DNA of 60,893 nucleotides from Craspedostauros australis (Eukaryota): NCBI GenBank assembly GCA_030167865.1, contig JALAGF010000495.1, positions 1 to 60,893 of the forward strand, read 5' to 3'. Shown piece by piece: positions 59,391 to 60,893 of this stretch (position 1 is its first letter; each line of letters starts with the position of its first letter). The notes under the pieces were generated by a model. It saw only the letters and a program-made list of their open reading frames with translations, ran no database searches and was not told where the DNA came from. The position numbers and the translations under genes were made by a program.

Positions 59391-60893
59391 CGTATTGCCG
59401 CTTCTTCTTGATCCTTTGCGTCTCTTGTCTTTGGCTGAGTATGTGATCGTCCGATGCAGTGCGAGTATTGGTATGAGCACGAGTGGAGTGTTGTGATCTT
59501 GTTGTGTTGCTTTTCTTGCTGGTCGTTGTCGGAAGCAGCAGCGTGCACGTTTTTTCTTCTTTTTGTTGGTTGTGGTGGAAAGGGACTTTTCAAGTACTTG
59601 GCGTTGGGCAGAAGCGCGTTGTTGTTGGCGCATGCGTTGGCGAACTTTGGCGCAACATGCACAGAAGCAATTGATCCGGTAGCAGCCTTTGAACTCGTCA
59701 AACGACCACCCAGCCAAATGAGGTCCAACTTGACTCTGCAGTCGTTTCAACTCCCTGCTCGTGTTGGTACGAAGAGAGACACCAACTGATGATGGAAGCG
59801 TGGCCAACACGGATACCGCCAGTCATGTGATGAAGCGGTGAGGCAAGCAAGCAGCTGCGCGAAATGCGGTGGGATACGCCGAACAGATTGAACGGAAGCG
59901 ACCATGGCAAGAGATGATGTTGAATGGAAAGTGATGACAAAGATCCTTTGAAAGCCTATCGCCCAGCGACGCGGCAACAGAAAGGGAGATCTCAAAGCAA
60001 CAAGAGCAATCAGACCAAAGCTTCGTCCATGAACAATGGCAGTGCCCACACCTGATGCCCTCCTGGAAACCAGCATCCAAGATTTTCTGAAAGAATGCAT
60101 CCATGAGATTGCATGCAGTGACTTCTGCCAAGACCGGCAGAGCCAGACGTTCGGAGATATGTACGCATCTGTTGCCACTTCGTGCACCTCAACAAAGCAC
60201 TCCTGCTCATACCTATGCACAAAGGGGCGCATCGCAGCCAAATGTAATAATTGGTGAAGGCGTCATCTCATCTGGCCACAAATCATGAACATCATCTGCT
60301 GCAGCATTGGCAACATCTAATAGAGCTAAACTAGTACCTACCTTAGAGAGAGACACTGCAAACCATCTGACCCATCAGCAGTCCAGTAGATCGAATACAC
60401 ACCTCGCTGGCCCCCACGTTTGGGGACCAATCCAGAACATTGAAGCAGATCTTTGGAACCCATGTCAAGGAACCAGAAGGGTTCCAATAACCAGGTCACT
60501 GAAACCCATCATTGCCAAAACGCTGACACATGTGTTGGCAAGTTCCGCTCATGGAAGCCTACGATCGTGGAAGATGGTGTTGGTTGATAGTTGTTCGTTT
60601 GCTATTTCATTACGTTGGCACTCCGATCCTCTCAGTGTCTGTTTGTTCTCTTGTCCAATGCTCTTGGCGCTTCAATCTGTTTCATAGATTTGGTCTCCAA
60701 CTATGAGTTGGTGTGCAAGATGCTCTCTCGCTGCTCTTTGTATTCTCTCTATCTCTCTGTCTCAGCATTGTGTACTTCGTGTTACACCATGCTCCGTGTT
60801 CGATACGTACTCCGCATTTGACACTCCGTTCATTCAGTACTGGCTCCTACTCCATGAGTACTTACCATTTGAAGTTCACCTTCAGTATCCATG

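Noticed and set aside
59940-60690. Short ORFs (MAVPTPDALLE..., MATSNRAK...) as a possible TE or pseudogene remnant
   Set aside because: No recognisable motif, so no call can be supported without a search.

Overview
Gene-dense, intron-containing eukaryotic nuclear DNA, most likely from a diatom (ochrophyte). This is inferred from bipartite plastid pre-sequences with ASAF-type cleavage motifs, GT-AG introns and a Copia-type gag. From left to right: the 5' end of a Copia-type LTR retrotransposon (gag runs off the left edge); a hypothetical protein; a two-exon plastid-targeted EF-Ts fused behind an unknown basic domain; a WW protein; three paralogous secreted Cys-rich RxL-motif modular proteins; LPAAT; a renalase-like FAD oxidoreductase; pICln; a membrane-anchored metzincin-like protease; AAR2; a DOT1-like methyltransferase; a GDP-mannose transporter; Psb27; a chlamydial-type TGT; two tandem ABCG half-transporters flanking an FCP1/NIF-type HAD protein; and a Tudor-less SPF30. 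The most notable items are the RxL/Cys modular family, the chimeric EF-Ts whose intron donor overlaps a stop codon, patchy gene conversion between the ABCG copies, the Tudor-less SPF30 and the queuine-type TGT. I assembled exon structures by hand from splice consensus and frame continuity. Family assignments come from recalled motifs, not database searches. I recognised no rRNA, tRNA or CRISPR array.
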